Assembly: GCA_031385045.1 (NCBI GenBank)
Contig: JANNBC010000010.1
Location: 43,293 to 107,292, forward strand
Origin: a bacterium
GTDB lineage: Bacteria; Bdellovibrionota_C; UBA2361; CALJRW01
Direction of reading: 5' to 3'
DNA: 64,000 nucleotides
Positions within the stretch are counted from its first letter, which is position 1. Each line of letters starts with the position of its first letter. The position numbers and the translations under genes were made by a program. The notes under the pieces are model-generated. The model was not told the DNA's origin and did not search any database. It saw only the letters and a list, made by a program, of their open reading frames with translations. This document shows positions 8,542 to 18,159 of the stretch, one piece after another.

Positions 8542-10728
8542 TTATTTTTTAAGACTGTCGGCATTCTTAATCAATTCTAACATCTCCCGACGGTAGCCTT
8601 CTTTGTCTGCTCCCAAGTTCTTCTCGGCTAATTTTAAAACATCAACATAAGTGTAGTCTCCTAGGAATTGGCTATGTCGAAGAAGCGCGGCAAAGTAACT
8701 AGTCGCTGCGATAAAATTAAAATCAGTACTTGGTTCTTTTTCTGATTTGACAATCGGAAAAGTAAGTAACTCTGATTTATCTCCAGTTGGAGCTTTGAAG
8801 CGGACTTTTAAGAATGCTAATTCCTCACTTAGGTCCTTTTTAGCAATCAAGGCTTCTTTCGATTTAGGCTGATAGCGATATTCTAAATTTAGTTTTTCTG
8901 CCAGGGCTGTGCCAGTTAAAACAACTTCGTACAGTGCTGTCACTGTATGACTTGACCCAATTTCTCCAGCATCAACTTGATCGTTATTAAAATCTTCCTT
9001 TTGAAGAAGGCGATTATCATATCCAATCAAGCGATAATGGGAGACGTGTTCTGGGTTAAATTCAATTTGTAGTTTTACATCTTTTGCCACCACTTCAATG
9101 GTTCCAAACAAGTCTTGTTCGAAAACTTTTCGGGCTTCACCAAAGCTATCAATATAAAAATAATTTCCATTACCTTTATTTGCCAATTGTTCCATCATGC
9201 CTTCGTTATAGTTGCCTGTTCCAAAGCCAATCGTAGTAAGCGTAATGTTACTTTTTCTTTTTTCGGAAATTAGATTTACTAATTCTTCCGTACTAGTTGT
9301 CCCCACATTAAAGTCACCATCAGTAGCAAGGATTACACGATTTACTCCATTAGGGATGTAATATTTACTAGCTAATTGATAAGCTTCTTCAATCCCCGCA
9401 CTGCCATAAGTACTACCGCCTGAAGATAGTCCTTCAATCGCTTTTAGAATCTGATCTTTCTCGTTAATGCTAGTGCCTGCTAGCAGTGTACCTGCAGAGC
9501 CAGCATAGGTTACAATCGAGACTTTGTCCGTCGGTCTCATTTTATTAGTTAATAGTGTTAGTGACTGTTTAACTAAGCCAAGTTTATCATCTGCTTGCAT
9601 TGAACCAGAAACGTCAATTAAAAAAACTAAATGCCAAGGTTTTTCTTCAATACGCGCGTCTTTTGCTTTTATCCCTAGTTTTAGTAAGAATTTTTCTTTC
9701 TCAAGTGGGGATGGGGCGAATTCATAATTTAAACTAAATGGTTTTTCGTATTGAGCTGGATAGTCATACTTAAAGTAATTAATAAATTCTTCCGCGCGGA
9801 TTGAATCTGTTGGGGGCATTTGTCCCATTCGTAAGAAGCGGCGAGTATTAGTGTAACTTCCAGTGTCAACATCAATGCTAAAAGTGGAGATCGCCTCTTG
9901 GTGCACAGCGATTATTGGATTTTCAGTATACTTTGTGTATCTTTCACTGGAGCTAGTCTGTGCCAGTTGATCGTAAGCACCAGCTAGTAGGCCTCCTGAT
10001 ACTTCAGCAATAGCTTGGCTTGGAACTGGAGCATTCGCTAGATCGGACCGTTCTTTTCTTAAACCTTTTAGATCGTCTTTGTTAGCTGAGATTGAGGCCA
10101 GAGCTTGTTTTGTTCCTTCAAGTTTTATTTCTAACTCTTCTTGTGGCGCATTCGCTCCATCAAGTGGAGCAATTTTGTTTGCTTCTTTTGGCTTGTTACT
10201 ACCGAGATCAAGCTCTTGGCTTAGCTTAGCACGTGGCACTTCTGGAGATAGCATTCTTGATTCAGTCTCCATAGATTTTTTCTGCTCATCAAATGCTTTA
10301 GTTTCATTTTTTGCAACGCGATTTAAATCGTCTTGTTTGTGATTATTTGACGTTGAGAATGAAGCTTGTTTTGTTATGACTTCTGGATTTTCTTGATAGA
10401 TTTTTAATGTGAGTAAGAGCATTGCGGTTGTTGCCACTCCGCTAAAAATTATCTTTTGGGATTTTGTGAATTGCATAATTAATCTCCTAATAAAGGTATG
10501 TTGGTATTCATTGTGAATACTTTCCATAACTTTGACCGAGAAGTTACTATTTAGTTCGAAATTTTTTTGATTAATATTATTTTCAAGATTAATTAATTCT
10601 TGATAAGCTTGAAACTTTTTTGAGAGTTCTGGATTGGCTTTAATGATCGCTAATAATTCCTTGCTTTCTTCGGAGCCCAGACGACCTTCGACTAAATCAA
10701 TAAACTTGTTAGTTATTTCGTGCTTCAT
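8542..10728 (-). CDS. YfbK-like VWA-domain protein with an N-terminal anti-sigma-like domain and TM helix
   Basis: STFSIDVDTGSY, MIDAS DVSGSM, LATDGDFNVG, YRLIGYDNR and DAGEIG motifs; stop of the ECF sigma gene is 1 bp upstream. Confidence 0.88.
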   Translation of the reverse strand: MKHEITNKFIDLVEGRLGSEESKELLAIIKANPELSKKFQAYQELINLENNINQKNFELNSNFSVKVMESIHNEYQHTFIRRLIMQFTKSQKIIFSGVATTAMLLLTLKIYQENPEVITKQASFSTSNNHKQDDLNRVAKNETKAFDEQKKSMETESRMLSPEVPRAKLSQELDLGSNKPKEANKIAPLDGANAPQEELEIKLEGTKQALASISANKDDLKGLRKERSDLANAPVPSQAIAEVSGGLLAGAYDQLAQTSSSERYTKYTENPIIAVHQEAISTFSIDVDTGSYTNTRRFLRMGQMPPTDSIRAEEFINYFKYDYPAQYEKPFSLNYEFAPSPLEKEKFLLKLGIKAKDARIEEKPWHLVFLIDVSGSMQADDKLGLVKQSLTLLTNKMRPTDKVSIVTYAGSAGTLLAGTSINEKDQILKAIEGLSSGGSTYGSAGIEEAYQLASKYYIPNGVNRVILATDGDFNVGTTSTEELVNLISEKRKSNITLTTIGFGTGNYNEGMMEQLANKGNGNYFYIDSFGEARKVFEQDLFGTIEVVAKDVKLQIEFNPEHVSHYRLIGYDNRLLQKEDFNNDQVDAGEIGSSHTVTALYEVVLTGTALAEKLNLEYRYQPKSKEALIAKKDLSEELAFLKVRFKAPTGDKSELLTFPIVKSEKEPSTDFNFIAATSYFAALLRHSQFLGDYTYVDVLKLAEKNLGADKEGYRREMLELIKNADSLKK

Positions 10729-10729
10729 T

Positions 10730-11287
10730 TTATTTTTCTCCTCGGGTCATTGGTCGTTCCATACACTCAACTAGTAAAAGTCGAGCGCGATTAATACGAG
10801 ATCTTACTGTGCCAATTGGCACTCCACTTAGTTCAGCTACAAATTCATAGCTTTGGCCATCAAGCGCCACTAATACTAGTGCTTCCCTAAATTTATCTTT
10901 AAGTTTTGACAGGCAGCTATAGAGTTTGCCAAATAACTCTCGATCTAAGGCGATGTCTTCCGGAGATTTTAAATGCTGGATCTCTATTTGGTTTCGACCA
11001 GTTTCTGCTGAGCGTTGATTCTTAAACTCCTTGGAGTGGAAGTAGGCATTAGTGACATTTAAGGCAATTCGAATTAGCCACGTAGAAAACTTAGATTCAA
11101 ATCGAAAAGAGCGAATGCCTCGAAAGGCCTTGATGAAAGTTTCTTGAGCTAAATCTTCGGCGATGTCATGTTTTAGGCCCTGCTTGGAAATTATTCGATA
11201 GATTAAGTTTTGATGAAGACTGATTAAATGCCGATATTCCTCAGTCTCGCCACTTTGAACTTTCTTAATTAGTTGATTTTCGTCCAT
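10730..11287 (-). CDS. ECF RNA polymerase sigma factor
   Basis: AEDLAQETFIKA, FSTWLIRIA and region 4 GVPIGTVRSRINRAR motifs. Confidence 0.93.
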   Translation of the reverse strand: MDENQLIKKVQSGETEEYRHLISLHQNLIYRIISKQGLKHDIAEDLAQETFIKAFRGIRSFRFESKFSTWLIRIALNVTNAYFHSKEFKNQRSAETGRNQIEIQHLKSPEDIALDRELFGKLYSCLSKLKDKFREALVLVALDGQSYEFVAELSGVPIGTVRSRINRARLLLVECMERPMTRGEK

Positions 11288-11306
11288 GGTATCTGAATTA
11301 AACTGG

Positions 11307-11378
11307 ATATACTAAAACCCATTGGGTTTTTCCTAACAGCTTTGTATTTTTGGTAATTTTCAATGTCGCTTAGTATAT
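11307..11378. mobile_element. 72-bp MITE-like element, family A short form
   Basis: Ends ATATACTAA/TTAGTATAT; its two halves match the two ends of 17184-17397 in reverse complement. Confidence 0.65.
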
Positions 11379-11762
11379 TTCTAGCTTTACTTGATTGCTT
11401 AGATAGTAACAACTTGGAAAAGTTCGAAAAATTATTCGATATTTTTTACGGGGTACTGTGAGTAGAATCCACCGTAGCAGTTTAAGGTTAGCATGTATGC
11501 ATATTTATGAGACTATTAGTAGTTTCGTAAGGTTTAGAAGTATCTCCTGTAAAATCAATAAATTATCCTAATAAATAGATATTAGACATAGAGTGTCTAG
11601 CTAGCGCCTGATTCTAAATCTAATTATTTAATTGGATCAATTTTATAAAATGGATGGACTGTAAGGAAGAAGTTTAAACAGCCAATTAAGATAAAGACCA
11701 GAACTCTAGTGGTTTTTGTTTTCTTATTGTTGTTTGCAGTTATAACTTAACAGCGGGGGTAC

Positions 11763-12242
11763 ATGTTTAACTATAGATCAATTAGAAGTTTTTTTTTGAC
11801 ACTGATCAGCCTTACATTATTTTCTGTAAGTAGCGTTTTTGCACAGCAGAGTTATGACCCGGCAAATGTTTCGCAGAAAATACCTGCTGCAAATAGTTAT
11901 AACTATTCAACGTCGATTTCACAAAGATATAGCTCGTTTCAGCTGACCTTCGGGACAGTTCGTCCGATAGTAGCGCATCGCCCAAATGCTTTAAACTTAG
12001 CACTTTTCGGATATAGACTGGCTACAGATGCTCCTTCTGTGAGAAAGCCGTTTAGTTCACTTCCTGGGCATTTAAGTCTTACTAACACTTTTGCTCAGAC
12101 TGCACCAAATTACACAGTGAATACTTTAGTTACTTTTGATCCTCGCAAATTGGCTACAGGTACTTACTATTTCTACTTTACCTATGGCACACAGGAAGGG
12201 GATGAAGAGAATTATATTTATCAAATAAAGATTACCACTTAG
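11763..12242 (+). CDS. Secreted hypothetical protein
   Basis: 159 aa with a Sec signal peptide ending VFA; GGGGG SD upstream. Confidence 0.7.
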   Translation: MFNYRSIRSFFLTLISLTLFSVSSVFAQQSYDPANVSQKIPAANSYNYSTSISQRYSSFQLTFGTVRPIVAHRPNALNLALFGYRLATDAPSVRKPFSSLPGHLSLTNTFAQTAPNYTVNTLVTFDPRKLATGTYYFYFTYGTQEGDEENYIYQIKITT

Positions 12243-12371
12243 TTATATTATTAAACTTTTGTGACTAATTTATCCTATATCCTAGTCGATATTAAATAAG
12301 GTTCATTCATAGCTACATAGGCAAGCAATTAGTCTTCTCGAAATCTAAGACTCAATTACTACTAAGTTTTG

Positions 12372-12547
12372 TATAGTGTCAGTGTTTTTTGTTCGCTTTG
12401 CGAACATCTATTGAGCACTATAGTGTGTGGATGCGTAGAATCCACCGTCGCCACGAGGGTGGTAGGGTTATTAAGTTTTTGTGTGGCTATGGTGGATATA
12501 GTGTTAATGTTTTTTGTTCGCTTTGCGAACATCTATTGAACACTATA
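12372..12547. repeat. Two direct copies of a 51-bp palindromic unit around a 74-bp hairpin-containing spacer
   Basis: 12372-12422 and 12497-12547: TATAGTG...TGTTCGCTTTGCGAACA...CACTATA, 3 differences. Confidence 0.8.
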
Positions 12548-12572
12548 AATTGAGTGTGTTAATAACAGTGGG

Positions 12573-14744
12573 ATGAAAACACGTCTTACGCTTCCAATTT
12601 ATTCCTTAACCCTATTATTAAGCGCTTTTTTAATTTTTTCGCTGCAGCCGCTCTTTAGTAAAATGATTTTGCCACTTTTGGGGGGTAGTTCGTCTGTTTG
12701 GAATACTGCCATGGTTTTCTTTCAGGCAGTGCTTTTAATGGGTTATGGGTATGCTCATTTAACAACAACTTACTTAAAACCTAAGCAACAGGTGTTGTTG
12801 CACATTTTATTATTAATACTCTTTACTATTTTTTTACCCTTAACTGTTGGGGTTAATCCCCAGCCCTCGGCAACCCAACCAATGCTTTGGCAATTAGGTT
12901 TAATGTTCTCAGCAATCGGCGGGCCGTTTTTTATTCTTTCCTCAAGCGCACCACTGCTTCAAAAATGGTTTGCCGCAAGTAATCATAAAAGATCGGCAAA
13001 TCCATACTTTTTATATGCAGTGAGTAATGTCGGCAGTATGGGTTCTTTGCTGGCCTATCCTTTTTTATTAGAGCCTTTAACTACTCTAACTCAGCAAAGA
13101 CACCTTTGGACTTTTGGTTATGTCAGTTTAATTATTTTAACAATTTTTGCTGCTAGTTTTTTTTGGAAGAGTAATAGTCAGTTAGTAGTAAATGTGAATG
13201 TAGGTTCGAAGCCAACGGTAATACAAGTTATCAGTTGGGTTGGTTATTCTTTTATACCATCTAGTTTGATGTTGGGTTTTACAACATTAATCACTACCGA
13301 TTTAGCTTCGGCCCCCTTGTTTTGGGTTGTGCCACTGACAATTTATTTAGGGACTTTTATTATCGCTTTTTCAGAGAAGAAATTAATTAGTGATGACTTT
13401 TTGAGACGCTTGGCGGTCTATGCACTTTCATTTGTGGTGTTGTTCTTTATAACAAACTTAGATCTACCTAAGCTCTTTATGGTTGCTGTGTATTTAATAA
13501 TATTTTTTATTACTGCCCAGTATTGTCATTCGCGTTTGGCAGCTAGATCTCCTAGTTTAAAATATTTAACAACATATTATTTCTATATTTCACTTGGTGG
13601 TGTTTTAGGTGGAATTTTTAATGCTCTGATTGCACCTAATTTATTTGTAATTCCAGCAGAGCTTTGCTTGCCATTAATTGCTATTGTCTGGAGTTTGTTA
13701 ACAAAGGAAGACTGGAAGAAGTTTAATTCCTTGAAGATTGGATTAAGAATTGCTTTGTTATTAGTTGCCCCAGTATTCTGTGGCTATGCCTTCTGTTCTA
13801 CGGATCTTAGTATTCGTTTAGCTAGTGGGTTCCTGATTCTATTTTTTTTAACATTTGCCACAAGGTATTTGGTTGTTTTTGCTTGGACAATTTTCCTATC
13901 CTTAATTTTATTTCCACCAATTGGCTGGAGCTTTAATCAAAGCGTCATTTTTCGTGCTCGTAATTATTTTGGTATTTTAACAGTTAAAGATTTACCAGCA
14001 ATTAGATCTTTTACTCATGGCATCACTTTGCATGGGGCTCAGCCAAAGCTAGCGCAATTTAGGTTATCACCAATTACTTATTATAGCTCTTCTGGGCCAA
14101 TCGGGGATGTCTTTCGTTCCTTGGAGCAAAGTGCACTGCCTCAGCAAATTGGAGTTCTTGGCTTAGGTGTGGGAAGTGTTGCTTGCTATCAAAAGCCAGA
14201 ACGGAGTTTTGATTTTTATGAGATAGATCCTGAGGTAATTAACATTGCCGAAGATCCAAATTATTTTACTTACCTTAAAGATTGTGGCAGCCCTTATAAA
14301 ATATTTTTAGGTGATGCCCGGCTCAAGATTGTGGAGGCCGATTCTCGGAAGTATGATCTAATCTTAGTTGATGCTTTTAGCTCAGATAATATCCCAGTCC
14401 ATATTATGACCAAAGAAGCATTTCAACTCTATCTTGAAAAATTAAAGGATGATGGACTTATTGCTATGAATATTTCTAATCGTTATCTAGATCTGAGACC
14501 TGTGCTTGCAAGTATTGCTAAGGAGCTGGGCTTAGAGATGCGGATTAAGATAGATCGTAAAGATCTCCCTTTGGATCCAGGAATTCCTTATCATAAGAGT
14601 ATCTACGTAGTCTTTACTAAGTCAGCAGAACGAATGGCAAAATTTACACCATATTTACAATGGAAACCTTATCAAGGTGATTTGCCACTCGCATGGACAG
14701 ATGATTATGCCAATATTTTAGGAGCGTTTGGGCAGGTTCACTAA
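12573..14744 (+). CDS. Fused membrane domain / spermidine-synthase-like SAM-binding protein
   Basis: Many TM helices; VWNTAMVFFQ, HGITLHG.Q, GLGVG, EIDP and DAFSSD.IP.H motifs. Confidence 0.88.
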   Translation: MKTRLTLPIYSLTLLLSAFLIFSLQPLFSKMILPLLGGSSSVWNTAMVFFQAVLLMGYGYAHLTTTYLKPKQQVLLHILLLILFTIFLPLTVGVNPQPSATQPMLWQLGLMFSAIGGPFFILSSSAPLLQKWFAASNHKRSANPYFLYAVSNVGSMGSLLAYPFLLEPLTTLTQQRHLWTFGYVSLIILTIFAASFFWKSNSQLVVNVNVGSKPTVIQVISWVGYSFIPSSLMLGFTTLITTDLASAPLFWVVPLTIYLGTFIIAFSEKKLISDDFLRRLAVYALSFVVLFFITNLDLPKLFMVAVYLIIFFITAQYCHSRLAARSPSLKYLTTYYFYISLGGVLGGIFNALIAPNLFVIPAELCLPLIAIVWSLLTKEDWKKFNSLKIGLRIALLLVAPVFCGYAFCSTDLSIRLASGFLILFFLTFATRYLVVFAWTIFLSLILFPPIGWSFNQSVIFRARNYFGILTVKDLPAIRSFTHGITLHGAQPKLAQFRLSPITYYSSSGPIGDVFRSLEQSALPQQIGVLGLGVGSVACYQKPERSFDFYEIDPEVINIAEDPNYFTYLKDCGSPYKIFLGDARLKIVEADSRKYDLILVDAFSSDNIPVHIMTKEAFQLYLEKLKDDGLIAMNISNRYLDLRPVLASIAKELGLEMRIKIDRKDLPLDPGIPYHKSIYVVFTKSAERMAKFTPYLQWKPYQGDLPLAWTDDYANILGAFGQVH

Positions 14745-16045
14745 GCTTTACTGTGTAAATCTTGGATTAAGGTTTTTGCTAAAGCTATGGTTTCTGGTCG
14801 TAGCTCTGGTACCGCGATACTCTCCCAAAGTGTTCCTTTGCGGAGTGGGCCAATAGTATAAAGATTCGTTACATTTTCTCTGGCGCCAAGAATTCGTCCA
14901 ACATGATCTGTCTTAAATCCTAATTTGAGATCATCAATTTGAGCGTAGCCAGAATTTAAGATGCTAGCGATTAGTGGTGATGTTTGAGTAGAAAGACTTT
15001 GTGAGCCACTGCAATTCATAATTTGATCAGTAATGAGTGAGGTATTATTTTTAAATTTAATAATTGCTTGGCTCTGATCTTTGGTGCTAGTAATTTCTAA
15101 AATCCGACCTCGCTTAATGATTAGACGACCATCTGATTTTAAAGTTTCTAAGGTGTTAGCAAGTGTTGGTGCTAGTCGATGTCGAGCAACGTCCCAGTAG
15201 GGGCGAAGGTGGCGAATAAATTGTTTTTGAAGAGTGAGATCCCAAGCTTGCCAAGTCTCTTGAGTAATCGGCCTTAAACTATCAATAACAGATCTCCAGT
15301 CATTTGTTCCAATCTGTTGCTTAAAGTGTCTTAGCATTAATAGTGGTGAGCATACTGGCCCATCCCAGTTCATCGGGTGTTGGTTCAGATCGTGGGACAT
15401 CGGTGTTAGGCCTCTTCTTGAGACTAAGGTAATTTCTCCTTGGTAATTCTGATTAAAGAGTTCCCAGACGATATCTACTGCAGTTAGCCCGGTCCCAATA
15501 ATTGTGATCTGTTTGTTTTTTAAAAGTGACTGAATTACTCCAGGCTTCCAGGGATCGTTTTGAATGAAATGCTTAGCCGGATTTGAATTAAAGGAGCTTG
15601 GTGGAAAGTTGCCTAGCGCTAAAACTACTAGCTTGCAGTGCAGAGTTTTTGAGGCAAGTTTAACATCCCAAATATTTTGATTTTTGCTAATTGCTAAAGC
15701 TTCTCCTTCAATCAGGTGAGTACCAGCTAGTTGAGACTCGGCAGTAATTTTTTGAAGATAAATTAAATAATCTTGGCGACGTGCAAAGGCCTGATCTTGT
15801 AGGGGGCAATTTTGGTCTTTAACGAATTTTGAAAAATTTTCTGAGTCGTCGACTAGTGCTGACATTTTCCAGTGAGGCACATTTAAAACAGCGCTACTTG
15901 TTGCTTGGCTATAGGCCAGGCCACCTAAGTGTTTCGCAGGATGAATAATTCCAACTTTCATATTGGGTGCCAAGGTTTTTACGTGGTAACTTAAAAGTAT
16001 TCCAGAAAATCCTCCGCCAATTATGATTAAATCAAATATTTCCAT
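14741..16045 (-). CDS. FAD/NAD(P)-binding oxidoreductase (COG4529-like)
   Basis: IIGGGFSG, LNVP...MSA, IGTGLTAVD, WDV.RHR and WESIAVPELR motifs. Confidence 0.85.
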   Translation of the reverse strand: MEIFDLIIIGGGFSGILLSYHVKTLAPNMKVGIIHPAKHLGGLAYSQATSSAVLNVPHWKMSALVDDSENFSKFVKDQNCPLQDQAFARRQDYLIYLQKITAESQLAGTHLIEGEALAISKNQNIWDVKLASKTLHCKLVVLALGNFPPSSFNSNPAKHFIQNDPWKPGVIQSLLKNKQITIIGTGLTAVDIVWELFNQNYQGEITLVSRRGLTPMSHDLNQHPMNWDGPVCSPLLMLRHFKQQIGTNDWRSVIDSLRPITQETWQAWDLTLQKQFIRHLRPYWDVARHRLAPTLANTLETLKSDGRLIIKRGRILEITSTKDQSQAIIKFKNNTSLITDQIMNCSGSQSLSTQTSPLIASILNSGYAQIDDLKLGFKTDHVGRILGARENVTNLYTIGPLRKGTLWESIAVPELRPETIALAKTLIQDLHSKA

Positions 16046-16053
16046 GGTTCAGC

Positions 16054-16596
16054 CTAAGCTAAGATCGTTTCTTCCGCACCGTATACTTGCATATTTTTTA
16101 GTGGTGGAGAATATAAATGTAATGTAACTAAGCGCTCTGGCTCTGTGTTTGCGACTAAATGCACATCATCATCAATTGAAGAGACGACAGAATGCTTGGG
16201 AATAGTTTCCGATATCCTTGGAATATATTTACCACAGTTTGTTTTAGTAAATTTAATTTCTAAGCCTTGGCCTTCTAGGACCTTAATGCAGCAAACAGAT
16301 CCCTGATGGTCGTGAATTCGACTAGCTTGTCCAGGCTTCCAAGTAAGGACTAGCAACTCCATGTTTTTGCCTAGGAAGAGTCGATTGCGACTGTAGTGTG
16401 TCTCGTTTTCTTCAGCAAAGATTGAATAGTCTTTTGGGGAAATGGAGGTGTCATTTAAAAAGTGATATGCTTCGTCCATGCTTAGTGGCCCTAGCTCATC
16501 ACGGGCAACTAGGTGAAGAATTAGTCTGGAGAGAGATGGGATTGAATCGAGCGGTCTGTCATTCACTTCAGTCTGCTGGGATAAAAAATTAATCAT
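16054..16596 (-). CDS. Cysteine dioxygenase (Arg-type); start placed at the ATG at 16596, ORF track extends to 16659
   Basis: YSRN, W.PGQ.S.IHDH, third His in VH.V.N, TLHLYSPP. Confidence 0.88.
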   Translation of the reverse strand: MINFLSQQTEVNDRPLDSIPSLSRLILHLVARDELGPLSMDEAYHFLNDTSISPKDYSIFAEENETHYSRNRLFLGKNMELLVLTWKPGQASRIHDHQGSVCCIKVLEGQGLEIKFTKTNCGKYIPRISETIPKHSVVSSIDDDVHLVANTEPERLVTLHLYSPPLKNMQVYGAEETILA

Positions 16597-16700
16597 GACT
16601 AACTTAGTATTATTTATTTTTACTTTCGTCAAGATAGTAAAATTTATTGATTGAATCAATTTCTCAATCTTTTAAGTAATCGATTAGTTTTTATTAATAA

Positions 16701-17096
16701 CTAAAGCAGGTCAGCAATTGTCTTTTTTTCAAGAATCTCAGCTAGTTGATTGCGGATATCTTTAAATACCTTGAGTGCTTTCTTATTTTTTTCTAGGGGG
16801 GTACTGACATAGTGAAACTTACTTACGGAGCTAGATGGCGCTAGCATTTCATCGAAAATTCTAATAATTTCTGCTAGGGTAATAGTATTTGCTGGTCTAG
16901 CTAGCAGGAAGCCTCCTCCACGGCCAAGAACAGATGTAAGAATTTTATTTTTTTTTAGTTCGGAAAAAATTTGTTGTAAGAAAAAAGCTGAAGTACCGGA
17001 ATACTCGGCTAGTTGAGTAACAGAGCAGGAATGATTGATGCGTGCTAGTTCAGTTAAGGCAATAATTGCATATTCGGATTTAAAAGATAATCTCAT
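16701..17096 (-). CDS. Rrf2 family regulator (CymR-like, lacks the three Fe-S Cys ligands)
   Basis: S.KSEYA..AL..LA, S..GRGGGF.LARP...ITL.EI; no C-x5-C...C motif. Confidence 0.9.
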   Translation of the reverse strand: MRLSFKSEYAIIALTELARINHSCSVTQLAEYSGTSAFFLQQIFSELKKNKILTSVLGRGGGFLLARPANTITLAEIIRIFDEMLAPSSSVSKFHYVSTPLEKNKKALKVFKDIRNQLAEILEKKTIADLL

Positions 17097-17183
17097 CGAA
17101 GGTTATATATACAAAAATTAAAACTTAATTTAATTTACTTAAAAATACGCTTAACTACTAGGCTTAATTTTTGTTTTTGAAGT

Positions 17184-17397
17184 TATACTAAGCGACATTG
17201 AAAATTACCAAAAATATAAAGGCGTTTAGTATATTAAATGCAAAGCACTTGAAGCGACCCTTGGGGTCGCTAAGGTACTCAGCCTTATTTTATAAGGCTG
17301 AGTACTAGGGAAGACGAATATACTAAAACCCAAAACACTGAAAAATCTATTAGATTTTTCCAAGCTGTTAGTAAAAAACCAATGGGTTTTAGTATAT
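17184..17397. mobile_element. Composite MITE-like element, family A long form, with nested hairpins
   Basis: TATACTAA...TTAGTATA (17184-17233), ATATACTAAAACCC...GGGTTTTAGTATAT (17318-17397), plus hairpins AGCGACCC/GGGTCGCT and GTACTCAGCCTTAT/ATAAGGCTGAGTAC between them. Confidence 0.65.
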
Positions 17398-17663
17398 CTT
17401 CTTTTCCCAAATAGCTTTAGTTAATAGTTCCTATAAATACTACTAGTTAAGTTTTTGAGAAACATTATATCGTGAGCTTAATTATTACTGATGCTTTGAT
17501 TCCAGTAGAAATCCAAAAACTTAATAGAGTGGTGTACTTGGCTAGTTTTCATAGTCATTTAGAGGTAGTGTTTTGGCAACATGGCCAGAACTCAAAAATA
17601 GTTGCTGGCCAAACGTTCTTATTATATGTTGATTTATCTATATCTAATGCTTTTTGATGAGTT

Positions 17664-18151
17664 ATGGCAAAGCCTAAATTAATTATTTTACATCGCAGTT
17701 TATATGCTGATTTAAAGCCTACCTACTGTTTTTAGTTAGCCTGATTGCTGCGATTTATTTTACCGCAATTTATCCGCTTGGCATGCAACCGCTAACGCTT
17801 TTTGGAATGACTTTGGAGTTTTCAGTCTTTTCTTTAATTTCTCTTTTTTGTTTTATCGCTTTAGTTCAAAAGGTTTTAAATTCCAAATACTATATCGGGG
17901 ATAGTTATGTTCGTTCAGTTCATGGACGTTTATCCTTCCAAAGAAAAGATATTCGAATTGATTTTGTTAATATCAAGGGGATTGAAATTAACGCCAGTCT
18001 CTATGATCGAATATTTAACATTGGTACAGTACTGATTGGGAGTAGTACTGGTGGAGGAATTTATGTTAGCTTTGAAAAAGTTAAAAACCCTGGGCGCATT
18101 CGTAATCTAATAGAATCTCAGATGCAACAAAGAATTAATCAATCCTCTTAG
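17664..18151 (+). CDS. Bacterial PH-domain membrane protein split by a -1 frame change near 17711
   Basis: ATG 17664 gives MAKPKLIILHRSLYAD; the -1 frame from 17711 gives FKAYLLFLVSLIAAIYF..., continuous with the 17783-18151 ORF (SLYDRIFNIGTVLI, F..V.NP bPH_2-like motifs). Confidence 0.65.
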
Positions 18152-18159
18152 TTTTAATT

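Noticed and set aside
12372..12547. Possible CRISPR mini-array
   Set aside because: Only two repeats, 51 bp long, with a 74-bp self-complementary spacer and no cas genes in the window
17472..17657. 61-aa ORF upstream of the PH-domain gene
   Set aside because: GTG start, no clear SD and no recognisable motifs; not supportable
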